From positions 1-29,303 of IMG/VR virus record IMGVR_UViG_3300044448_000841: a stretch of DNA of 29,303 nucleotides; one strand, given 5' to 3'. The translations under genes and the position numbers were made by a program. The stretch is from a virus (lineage: Duplodnaviria; Caudoviricetes). This document shows positions 18,900-26,792 of the stretch, piece after piece (positions within the stretch are counted from its first letter, which is position 1; every line of letters begins with the position of its first letter). The notes below the pieces were generated by a model that did no database searches, was not told where the DNA came from, and was given only the letters and a program-made list of their open reading frames with translations.

Positions 18900-20127
18900 G
18901 GATTTTGTAAAAGCTAAACAAGACGAAAAAGCATATAAACGTGATGATAAACACCCACAAGGTTATACACCGGGGGTTGAGTGGAAAGGCAATAGTGGTG
19001 TTATAACAACAGCACCAACACAAGCTAAAGATAGTGCAGATGTAGATTGGGATAGTTGGATTGATTACTGGTTAGGGGACGGTGCTAGTAAAACATTTTA
19101 TATAAAGCGTGGCGATCCAATAAACTTTAGAGTGTGGGACGCTTGGGGTAAAAACCCAAAGACCGGGGAAACTGAACCAACAAAATTTTATTATTTTAAA
19201 GCTAATTTATATTCACGTGACCAAACAATGCGTGATAGTGATTTTGACAAGTTACTAAAAAAAGTATCTGTTATAAAACCAAAACCTATTAAAAAAGCTA
19301 CTAAGAATACCAGCTGTATGGTCGTGTGTTTAAGCGATTGGCAAATTGGTAAATATAATACAGAACTTGCAGTAGAAAATTATCTAAATGGTATAAATAA
19401 AATTAAAAAACACGTTACTGATTTAAGAAAGAAACACACAATAGATAAATTAGTTTTAGTGGGTATGGGCGATCTGCTTGAAAATTGTGGAAATCAGTTT
19501 GCACCAAATGGTTTATGGGAACAAGTCTATGACGGTCGGCAGCAAATGATGATTGCTAGACGTATGCTAACTAAAACAATAGAAATACTTGCACCAACAT
19601 TTTCAGAAATATTATGTGTTGCAATAGCTGGTAATCACGGTCAAAAAAGACAAAACGGTAAAATTGAAACATCTTATGGCGACAACTTAGATTATGAATT
19701 GTTTGACAATGTTGCAGAAATATTTAATAAAGCACCAGCATTTAAACACGTTAAGTTTCACATACCAGAAAACGATTTAGTTGTAAGTATAGAAGTATTA
19801 CCTAAAGTTATTTTATCTGCAACACACGGTGATCTATGCAAACGTGGTAGTACAGCTTCACATAAGGTTTTAAATTGGTTTACTAAAATGGCTTCACAAC
19901 AAACAAATAGTAGTTTGTACGACACATCAGTAATGCTTACAGGTCATTATCACCATTTTTTTAGTTTTGAAAGCGATACAAGATTGTTTATAGGAACAAC
20001 TGCACAAGACCATAGTGGACAGCAATATTTTGCACAAACTGGTGGTGGATCTGCACCAAGTGGCACAACAACGTTTTTAATGCACAACAAAGCTGGTCGT
20101 AAGTGGTCGGATATTAATATATTATAA
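18889..20127 (+). CDS. Calcineurin-like metallophosphoesterase (Mre11/SbcD-like)
   Basis: LSDWQ, GDLLEN, GNHG, HGD, GHYHH motifs. Confidence 0.88.
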   Translation: MNFEDFVKAKQDEKAYKRDDKHPQGYTPGVEWKGNSGVITTAPTQAKDSADVDWDSWIDYWLGDGASKTFYIKRGDPINFRVWDAWGKNPKTGETEPTKFYYFKANLYSRDQTMRDSDFDKLLKKVSVIKPKPIKKATKNTSCMVVCLSDWQIGKYNTELAVENYLNGINKIKKHVTDLRKKHTIDKLVLVGMGDLLENCGNQFAPNGLWEQVYDGRQQMMIARRMLTKTIEILAPTFSEILCVAIAGNHGQKRQNGKIETSYGDNLDYELFDNVAEIFNKAPAFKHVKFHIPENDLVVSIEVLPKVILSATHGDLCKRGSTASHKVLNWFTKMASQQTNSSLYDTSVMLTGHYHHFFSFESDTRLFIGTTAQDHSGQQYFAQTGGGSAPSGTTTFLMHNKAGRKWSDINIL

Positions 20128-20916
20128 ATGAAGATAATTACAAGAGATAGTTGGGGTGCAAAACCCCAAAAAAGTCGCTTTAGTAAATTAGGCGAAGTAA
20201 AAGGTTTAGTTGTTCATTGGTCGGCATATCCAAAAGCACTTAGTGTTGATGATGAAATAGCACAGGTACGACAGATACAAGATTTGCACCAAAATGATAG
20301 AGGTTGGAACGATATAGCATATAATTTTTGTGTTGGTGATAGTGGTAATTTGTATGAAGCAAGAGGATTTGGCAATAGATCAGCAGCACAAGGTGGTAAT
20401 ACAAGAGAAGAAGTTAATCACAATAACAAACATTATTTAGCTGTTTGTTGGCTAGGTGGATCTAAACCAGACGATAATCCAAGTAAAGAAGCTGTTATGG
20501 CAGTAAAAGAACTGTGGCGTGAAATAAATGGTGATATAAGACCACATAGTAGTTTTAAACAAACTAATTGTCCGGGTGATAATTGGCGTAAGTGGATTGA
20601 CGGTAGATTAACGTTTGTACCAGAAGAAGTAAAAGCACAAGAAACAGTACAAGAAGTAACTAGATCAATACTTATTAAAAAAGGTGATAAGGGTACACAA
20701 GTAGAAGAAATACAGATTATGTTAAATCTTGTTAATAAAACTACGATAGGTGTGGACGGTGATTTTGGTAGCAGAACTTTAGCAGCTGTTGTAGCGTTTC
20801 AAAAAAAATATAAATTAAAAACAGACGGTATTGTAGGCAATATGACTTATGCAAAGTTGGTAGAAGTCAATAGGACTAAAATTAATAAGAACAAAGGAAA
20901 GGTTACCATTGAGTAA
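20128..20916 (+). CDS. Endolysin: N-acetylmuramoyl-L-alanine amidase (PGRP-like) with peptidoglycan-binding domain
   Basis: [17 protein letters not shown]....T.CPG; C-terminal VDGDFG..T..AV.AFQ....L.TDGIVG. Confidence 0.93.
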   Translation: MKIITRDSWGAKPQKSRFSKLGEVKGLVVHWSAYPKALSVDDEIAQVRQIQDLHQNDRGWNDIAYNFCVGDSGNLYEARGFGNRSAAQGGNTREEVNHNNKHYLAVCWLGGSKPDDNPSKEAVMAVKELWREINGDIRPHSSFKQTNCPGDNWRKWIDGRLTFVPEEVKAQETVQEVTRSILIKKGDKGTQVEEIQIMLNLVNKTTIGVDGDFGSRTLAAVVAFQKKYKLKTDGIVGNMTYAKLVEVNRTKINKNKGKVTIE

Positions 20917-21130
20917 GGTAGATAAAAAAGATTGGAAAGCGTACTGGAAATTTATGTTTGCAAAAGCATTTAGAACCGGACTACAATCTGGTATTTCTTT
21001 ATGGTTAGCAAATTCAAGTGGGATCATTGACGCAAATATGATTGAACTTATTGGTGTAGCTTTTATGACATCATTTGTAACTGTAATGCAACACGCTTTA
21101 GAACAGTACAAACCAAAAGAAACTTTCTAA
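20909..21130 (+). CDS. Holin
   Basis: 73 aa, two hydrophobic segments, KAFRT motif, follows lysin. Confidence 0.7.
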   Translation: MSKVDKKDWKAYWKFMFAKAFRTGLQSGISLWLANSSGIIDANMIELIGVAFMTSFVTVMQHALEQYKPKETF

Positions 21131-21150
21131 CGCAACCCAATCGCAGAAAG

Positions 21151-21216
21151 AAATAAAAAGACCGGGTGGTTGAAATACCCGGTCTTTTTTATACGTACTA
21201 ACAATGGAGTGTTAGA
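21151..21216 (-). ncRNA. Candidate small RNA with anti-Shine-Dalgarno loop
   Basis: Minus-strand TG-T-TACTAT at 21231-21223, hairpin CUAACA-CUCCAU-UGUUAG, then terminator with U tract; complementary to several phage leaders. Confidence 0.5.
21155..21190. terminator. Bidirectional intrinsic terminator
   Basis: AAAAAGACCGGGT-GGTTGAAAT-ACCCGGTCTTTTTT. Confidence 0.92.
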
Positions 21217-21248
21217 AATCTAATAGTAACATACTTTTTTTTGTAACC

Positions 21249-21297
21249 GACACACATTGTAAATAATTACTATATACTAAAAAGAAACAAAGGAGTG
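21249..21297 (+). promoter_or_regulatory. Early-region promoter CACA-N18-TATACT with RBS
   Basis: Same spacing as 18260 and 26160; GACAC at 21249-21253. Confidence 0.7.
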
Positions 21298-21301
21298 AAC
21301 A

Positions 21302-21523
21302 ATGGACAAGTATAGTAATCCAGATGTATTTATTGTATTAGGTGGTTTTATTGCCATATTTTTAATAGGTGCATTATTAGCAGAAGTTGCAGTATTTATT
21401 GCAAAAATGCTTGGTTATGAATTTAAAGATCAAGAATATATCAATACTGATTTTTACCAAAGACTTAATGACGGTGAAGTATTAGACGCAGATAATATGT
21501 TTAGTAATGACACAACTAAGTGA
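21302..21523 (+). CDS. Single-TM membrane protein
   Basis: Long hydrophobic N-terminal stretch; AAGGAGTG RBS. Confidence 0.75.
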   Translation: MDKYSNPDVFIVLGGFIAIFLIGALLAEVAVFIAKMLGYEFKDQEYINTDFYQRLNDGEVLDADNMFSNDTTK

Positions 21524-21683
21524 ACCATTAGATAAATTTTGGGATAAACAAGTAGGCAACGGTATTGTCGTAGCAAAACCGTATAGTGGGCATTGTATGT
21601 TCTGCGAAAAAGAAATAACAGAACAAGATTATGACCACAGCGTATGTAACGTTTGTTGGAAAAATATAGGCGAAGAAGAATAA
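21507..21683 (+). CDS. 58-aa zinc-finger protein (CMFC...CNVC)
   Basis: Own translation; fills the gap; two CxxC pairs. Confidence 0.7.
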   Translation: MTQLSEPLDKFWDKQVGNGIVVAKPYSGHCMFCEKEITEQDYDHSVCNVCWKNIGEEE

Positions 21684-21696
21684 AGGAGTGTAATAA

Positions 21697-22149
21697 ATGA
21701 CACAAAGCGAACAAATAGCAAAACAAGTTGCGTTAAAAGCAGCAGTTGATCTTGCTAAAGATAAATTTAATGTTGATAACAACATTTCAGAACAACTAGA
21801 AATTATAAAGCAGATTTCTAATAATTTATATGAACATATAAAACCAGTAGTTGCGTTTGAAGAACCACCAAGCGTTATTGAAATAGAACCAGCAAGTGAA
21901 CCACAAGTTACTTACAAGTATGGTGATAAAGGCACAACATTTGAACCTAAGTGTCCAGAGTGTGGTTCAAGCGTTTGGGATAATCGTACAACTGCAAAAG
22001 ATAAGCAACCTAAGTGGAAATGTGCAAATAAAGAAAGTTGTGATACAGGCAAAGGTTATGCGTGGGCAAGTTGGAACGAAAACGAATTTGATAATGCTGA
22101 AAAACAATTTAATGCAGCAAAAGAAGAAGATAATACACCACCGTTTTAA
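21697..22149 (+). CDS. Zinc-ribbon protein with SSB-like acidic PF C-terminus
   Basis: CPECG..VWDNR...PKWKC....C; ends EEDNTPPF. Confidence 0.7.
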   Translation: MTQSEQIAKQVALKAAVDLAKDKFNVDNNISEQLEIIKQISNNLYEHIKPVVAFEEPPSVIEIEPASEPQVTYKYGDKGTTFEPKCPECGSSVWDNRTTAKDKQPKWKCANKESCDTGKGYAWASWNENEFDNAEKQFNAAKEEDNTPPF

Positions 22150-22337
22150 TGGCTAAGAACAAACACACGTGGTGCTATAAGTTTCTTTATTGGCCAAGAT
22201 ACAATAAAGATAAAATAACTTTATTTACTGTTGATACAGACTTAGGTTTAAGTTACGCAGAAAACGTAGCTTGGGGTAATGCTACGTTTGACGGTTGCCA
22301 CGGTTTTAAATACTTAGGTAGATCAAAAGTAAAATGA
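22149..22337 (+). CDS. Hypothetical protein
   Basis: 62 aa, coupled by overlaps. Confidence 0.65.
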   Translation: MAKNKHTWCYKFLYWPRYNKDKITLFTVDTDLGLSYAENVAWGNATFDGCHGFKYLGRSKVK

Positions 22338-22450
22338 CAATATTAGAAAACATACAGCAACTATTAAGACACTTAACAACTGAACAAGAGTTAAAAGAAG
22401 TGAAAAAAATGGTTGCTTTATTAGAAATGGAGTTAAATGACAAAAGATGA
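22334..22450 (+). CDS. 38-aa helical hypothetical protein
   Basis: Own translation MTILENIQQLLRHLTTEQELKEVKKMVALLEMELNDKR; ATGA overlap. Confidence 0.55.
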   Translation: MTILENIQQLLRHLTTEQELKEVKKMVALLEMELNDKR

Positions 22451-22925
22451 GTTTATATATTGGACAGGTTGGCTAAAAGTACGTTGGCCAAATGCACAGT
22501 TAGGCGAATATACAGTTAAATCTTTATATAAAGATTTTGAAATATTTGATGATGATGTATTTGGTAAAGTATTGCTAGATTATTTTGATAGTGGTAATGA
22601 GTTTTTAGATTGGTCAAAGATTAAAAAAAGGTGCAAAGAATACCAGACACAAGTGTTTAGTGAAAAAGCACAACAGATTAGAGAACAAAAGTCATTAGAA
22701 GATAAAGCTGTTGATCCACCAAGTAGTTTGCAATCATATTTAAAAATGCTTGGTTATAAAACATTTGCTGAAGCTGTATTTAATAAAACAAAAGATTTAT
22801 ACAAATATGGTGGATTACGTGATTGGCAACGTAAACTGTTTGAACCATTTAAAGATTTAAGTTATAGTGAAGCACAAGAAAAGGGTTGGCGATATGGCAT
22901 TGGAACAGAATTAGATGACAGATGA
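22437..22925 (+). CDS. Possible helicase loader/inhibitor (SPP1 G39P-like)
   Basis: MTKDEF...L..RWP N-terminus and adjacency to initiator. Confidence 0.45.
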   Translation: MTKDEFIYWTGWLKVRWPNAQLGEYTVKSLYKDFEIFDDDVFGKVLLDYFDSGNEFLDWSKIKKRCKEYQTQVFSEKAQQIREQKSLEDKAVDPPSSLQSYLKMLGYKTFAEAVFNKTKDLYKYGGLRDWQRKLFEPFKDLSYSEAQEKGWRYGIGTELDDR

Positions 22926-23634
22926 TATTGAGTTTGTAGGCAGCGAATACGAATTTACATTTACAATAGTTCCCCATTGGTTATTGGAAGTACTAAAACC
23001 TATTGAAATAACCACCTATGTAGCACTTGGTCAATATGCAGATAACAAAACCAAAGAGTGTTGGCCAAGTGTTACTAAACTTGCAAAAGATATAGATAGA
23101 TCAAGATATTCTACGATTAAAGCATTACAGGGATTAGAAGAAAAAGGAGTAATTGAAGTAAAACAACGTTTTAAAGATAAAGGCGAACAAACAAGCAATC
23201 TATACATACTTAAATTAGTACCGGTGTCAAGAAAACTTGACAGGGGGGGTAAAGAAAACAAGACAGGTAGGGGTATAGAAAACTTGACACAAACTATACT
23301 TAATAGAACTATATCCAATGAACTATATTCTAGGGAAGTACAAGAACTTTACGTAAATAGCTTACAAAAGGTGTGTGGATATGAAAAACCTACAAAGACA
23401 CAATGGGGTAAGATTTATTCGGCAGCAAAACAATTACACGAAGCTGGATATGAACCAACAGACATACCAGTTATTGCAGAAAACTTAGTTAAAACGTATG
23501 GCGTGGGTGCATTGACACCACAGGGCATAGTAAATAACGTACATTTGGTCAAAGGTGCAAGAACTGCAACAAATAAAGATGTAAATAAAGCTATGGATCA
23601 AAAAGCACTAGATGATTGGGCAAAAGAACAATGA
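22915..23634 (+). CDS. Replication initiator, winged HTH (lambda O-like)
   Basis: FTIVP, CWPSVTKLAKD...L..LEEKGVI...G.QTSNLY; internal iterons. Confidence 0.8.
   Translation: MTDDIEFVGSEYEFTFTIVPHWLLEVLKPIEITTYVALGQYADNKTKECWPSVTKLAKDIDRSRYSTIKALQGLEEKGVIEVKQRFKDKGEQTSNLYILKLVPVSRKLDRGGKENKTGRGIENLTQTILNRTISNELYSREVQELYVNSLQKVCGYEKPTKTQWGKIYSAAKQLHEAGYEPTDIPVIAENLVKTYGVGALTPQGIVNNVHLVKGARTATNKDVNKAMDQKALDDWAKEQ
23223..23330. repeat. Putative replication origin: three iterons plus three AT-rich repeats
   Basis: GAAAACTTGACA 23231, GAAAACAAGACA 23254, GAAAACTTGACA 23278; AACTATA at 23292, 23307, 23321. Confidence 0.75.
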
Positions 23635-24203
23635 AGTTTGCATACGCTGATCCACCATACATAAATCAATCTAAAAAACACTACAAAAACCACAAAGATT
23701 ATGCAGGTGAAGTAAATCATAAAGAATTAATAGATAAATTAGTTAAAGAATACCCAGACGGTTGGGCTTTATCTTTATCAGCTGTATCTTTAAAAGAAAT
23801 TTTAAATTTATGTCCAGATGATGTAAGAGTTATGATTTGGGTAAAACCATTTCACGCTTGGAAAAAAGGAGTTACGCCTAGCTACGGTTATGAACCAGTA
23901 ATAGTTTATGGTGGCAGAAAAAGAACAGAATTTGGCGATAAGCAAGTTAAAGCATTAGGTTTTACTGATTGGGTTGCAGCAAATATAACATTAAAAAAAG
24001 GTTTAACAGGTGCTAAACCACAAAAATTTTGTTTATGGTTATTTGAAGTTTTTAACGTACAACCCGGTGATACATTAGATGATTTATACCCGGGTACAGA
24101 AATAGTAAGTAAAATGTTTAATTGGTATATAGATCAATACAAAGATGACGCAACAGACTTAAAAGAAATTAGTAAAAATAATGCAGTTGAGTATTTAAAA
24201 TGA
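23631..24203 (+). CDS. DNA amino (N6-A/N4-C) methyltransferase
   Basis: YADPPY catalytic motif N-terminal, KP and degenerate DLYPGT SAM motif C-terminal; ATGA-coupled start at 23631 preferred. Confidence 0.75.
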   Translation: MKFAYADPPYINQSKKHYKNHKDYAGEVNHKELIDKLVKEYPDGWALSLSAVSLKEILNLCPDDVRVMIWVKPFHAWKKGVTPSYGYEPVIVYGGRKRTEFGDKQVKALGFTDWVAANITLKKGLTGAKPQKFCLWLFEVFNVQPGDTLDDLYPGTEIVSKMFNWYIDQYKDDATDLKEISKNNAVEYLK

Positions 24204-24844
24204 AAGTATTAGTAGCTTGTGAATATTCTGGAATAGTTAGGGACGCATTTATAAAAAAGGGACATAATGCCATTAGTTGTGATTTATTGCCAAGTGAAAG
24301 TGATTATGGCGAACATTATCAAGGTGATGTTAAAGACATTTTAAATAATAATTGGGATATGATGATTGCACACCCACCGTGTACATATTTAGCAGTAAGT
24401 GGTGCTGCTTGGTTTTATCACCCAGAAGATAAACATTTACCAACAGATCAACGCAGACCACACCCAAAACACCCAAATAGACGACAACTACAAGAGGAAG
24501 CACTAGATTTTATAAGATTATTGCTTGAAGCACCTATAAATAAAATAGCATTAGAAAACCCGGTAGGTGTTATAAGCACAAAGATACGTAAACCAGACCA
24601 AATTATTCAACCGTATATGTTTGGTCATAGAGAAAGCAAAAAAACGTGTTTATGGCTTAAAAATTTACCATTACTTGAACCTACAAATCAAGTAGAACCA
24701 GAAGAGCGTATTTATACAAAAAGTGGTAGATCACACGGTAAATGGTGGAACGATACTTGGAAATTGCCAAAAGAAGAACGTTGGAAAGTAAGAAGTGCAA
24801 CGTTTCCGGGAATTGCAAAAGCTATGGCAAAACAATGGGGTTAA
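24200..24844 (+). CDS. DNA cytosine-5 methyltransferase-like protein
   Basis: VLVACEYSG, AHPPC, LENP, KKTCLW, RSATFPGIAKAMA.QW. Confidence 0.8.
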   Translation: MKVLVACEYSGIVRDAFIKKGHNAISCDLLPSESDYGEHYQGDVKDILNNNWDMMIAHPPCTYLAVSGAAWFYHPEDKHLPTDQRRPHPKHPNRRQLQEEALDFIRLLLEAPINKIALENPVGVISTKIRKPDQIIQPYMFGHRESKKTCLWLKNLPLLEPTNQVEPEERIYTKSGRSHGKWWNDTWKLPKEERWKVRSATFPGIAKAMAKQWG

Positions 24845-25336
24845 ATGATAACTAAGTGCATATTAATTTACGCTTTACTTGTTAATAATTTTGGATTTAG
24901 CGTGGCAGATGAAGTTATAGATTTAACTGATTGCGATAATTATATACCAGAAACTTGTTATCAATACGCAACATTACTTGTAGAACATTTTGACGAAAAA
25001 AACATAGAAACAGCTGTAAAAGTAATGTGGTGTGAAAGTCGCAACAAAGCAGACGCATATCGTTGGCAAGATCAAGATAGTGGCTTATTTCAAGCAATAC
25101 CAAGAACTTGGGGTTGGGTAAAAGAAGAACACGACATACCTTATTGGGATTACCCGGTTGGAAATACCTATGCACAGTTTATTCCACGTTATAATATTGA
25201 AGTAGCTGCATTACTTGTACAAGATATGCACACAAGAGATGATTATTGGAAACCGTGGAGTAGTAGCCAATGGTGTTGGGAAGATACGGACAAATGGATT
25301 GTTAAATGGAAAAATGAAGCAACTAGAAATAATTAA
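24845..25336 (+). CDS. Secreted lytic transglycosylase (SLT-like)
   Basis: Signal-like N-terminus; WCES catalytic Glu, DSGLFQ, YNI.VA, W.PW. Confidence 0.8.
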   Translation: MITKCILIYALLVNNFGFSVADEVIDLTDCDNYIPETCYQYATLLVEHFDEKNIETAVKVMWCESRNKADAYRWQDQDSGLFQAIPRTWGWVKEEHDIPYWDYPVGNTYAQFIPRYNIEVAALLVQDMHTRDDYWKPWSSSQWCWEDTDKWIVKWKNEATRNN

Positions 25337-25709
25337 TAAATTAAATCAGCTAGATGTATTTGGACAGCTTACAGAAACAACAAACATTTACGAACATTAC
25401 GATTGCTATAACGATAACTACCTAATTGAAATAAAATCTAGGCAACGTGAATACAATCCGTGGCTAATAGAGAAATATAAGTACGATAAAAACTACACAC
25501 AAGCAACCAAAGATAAAAAGCTATTTATCTACGTTACAGAATATAAAACAAGAATTATTGCGTGGAATATTACCGATCTAACAATTAATGGTTATAACTT
25601 TAATTGGGAAACTAGGCAGCAACCAGAAACAACAGAGTTTTACCTACAAGAACCAATACCAAAACGTGTAGGTTATTTATTAGAACAGTTCGGCAAAATA
25701 CTGCGATAA
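25314..25709 (+). CDS. PD-(D/E)xK-family nuclease-like protein
   Basis: YDC...LIEIKSR motif; ATG 25314 preferred start. Confidence 0.6.
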   Translation: MKQLEIINKLNQLDVFGQLTETTNIYEHYDCYNDNYLIEIKSRQREYNPWLIEKYKYDKNYTQATKDKKLFIYVTEYKTRIIAWNITDLTINGYNFNWETRQQPETTEFYLQEPIPKRVGYLLEQFGKILR

Positions 25710-25768
25710 TGACAAAAATAATGGGATAAATACACGACTACTATAATTCATACAATAGAATTAGGAGT

Positions 25769-26179
25769 ATGTGCGATATGAACGCAGGTTATGATGACGT
25801 AAAAGAACTTGTAACAAATGTTATGGGTTTAAACGATTGGCTACAAGATAAAGAGCCGGTAGAACCAGACGTTAAAAATGGAAGTCTTGGTGGTATGAAC
25901 TTTACAATTAATTGGTTGGATTATACCAAATCAAGATATTGCATACGACTAAATGATGATGACACCTACGATATGCAAATATTCCAGTACCAAAACTATA
26001 AACAACTTGGTTTAGCAATAGAACGTTCCTTACCACGTGAAAGTATATTGATGTTGCTAAGTACAACCTATCAAGAAATAACATCACAATCTAATCAAGT
26101 GCTTGAAAGTTTAAAGTTTGAAGTAAGTAAAGAAACACAGGAAATATTAAAAAAAGATACACATAATAAAAATATTTAG
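25769..26179 (+). CDS. Hypothetical protein
   Basis: 136-aa ORF; AGGAG spacing suggests the true start may be ATG 25778. Confidence 0.7.
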   Translation: MCDMNAGYDDVKELVTNVMGLNDWLQDKEPVEPDVKNGSLGGMNFTINWLDYTKSRYCIRLNDDDTYDMQIFQYQNYKQLGLAIERSLPRESILMLLSTTYQEITSQSNQVLESLKFEVSKETQEILKKDTHNKNI

Positions 26180-26214
26180 TATATAATAGTTATAACGTAC
26201 AAAACAAAAGGAGT
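26160..26214 (+). promoter_or_regulatory. Promoter/leader copy B: CACA-N18-TATAAT plus AGGAG RBS
   Basis: 23-nt identity with 18280-18302. Confidence 0.8.
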
Positions 26215-26217
26215 AAA

Positions 26218-26622
26218 ATGATAATATTAGATACAATACAAGCTAATAAAGTTGTAAGCAGACAAACTTACAGAGTTCATCTTCACGATTTTGTTAGTGG
26301 ATTCAAAACACTTTGTGGTAAAGAATTAGATTTGAACTCTACAAAAAATGTTAGCTTAGTCAAGAGACCAACACTCATAGCAAACGATACTTTTACTTGG
26401 GAACAACAAGATGTTTGTTTTAAGTGCTTAGTGGAGTTAGGTGTAATCGAAAAAGTAAATAGTTATAGAGAGTATCACACTGAGACAGATTACTTTACTA
26501 AAGAAGAAGTTACACTTAATACTTATGACATCATCACAGAATATAAAGCATTAGTAAATGTAAATTTCAAAATAAACAAATTTCAAAAAGGCGAAATCAT
26601 AGATAATTATGATATCAGATAA
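26218..26622 (+). CDS. Hypothetical protein (H...TLCG...CFKC possible zinc site), likely recent acquisition
   Basis: Strong RBS; contains motifs otherwise avoided. Confidence 0.75.
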   Translation: MIILDTIQANKVVSRQTYRVHLHDFVSGFKTLCGKELDLNSTKNVSLVKRPTLIANDTFTWEQQDVCFKCLVELGVIEKVNSYREYHTETDYFTKEEVTLNTYDIITEYKALVNVNFKINKFQKGEIIDNYDIR

Positions 26623-26754
26623 ATGGTTTATATAAAAAAGAATTATTATTGTAGATGTACAGATAAAATAATGTGTCATATTCACAAAGTAAGGTATGAT
26701 TACGAAGTTTATAAAAAAGAAAATAGTATTTATCCATATAACAAATCTAATTAG
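26623..26754 (+). CDS. 43-aa hypothetical protein (CRC...CHIH)
   Basis: Own translation; ATG directly follows the upstream stop. Confidence 0.45.
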   Translation: MVYIKKNYYCRCTDKIMCHIHKVRYDYEVYKKENSIYPYNKSN

Positions 26755-26792
26755 ACCACATACTTAGGTGCATTTTTTGTTATTGTTATAGT

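Noticed and set aside
23243-23249. G7 run as a phase-variation tract in the initiator
   Set aside because: Explained as part of the iteron spacing; frame intact; no population data
25314-25709. Restriction endonuclease cognate to the nearby MTases (complete R-M system)
   Set aside because: Only a generic D...EIK motif in a small protein, not adjacent to an MTase; a resolvase-type role is equally plausible
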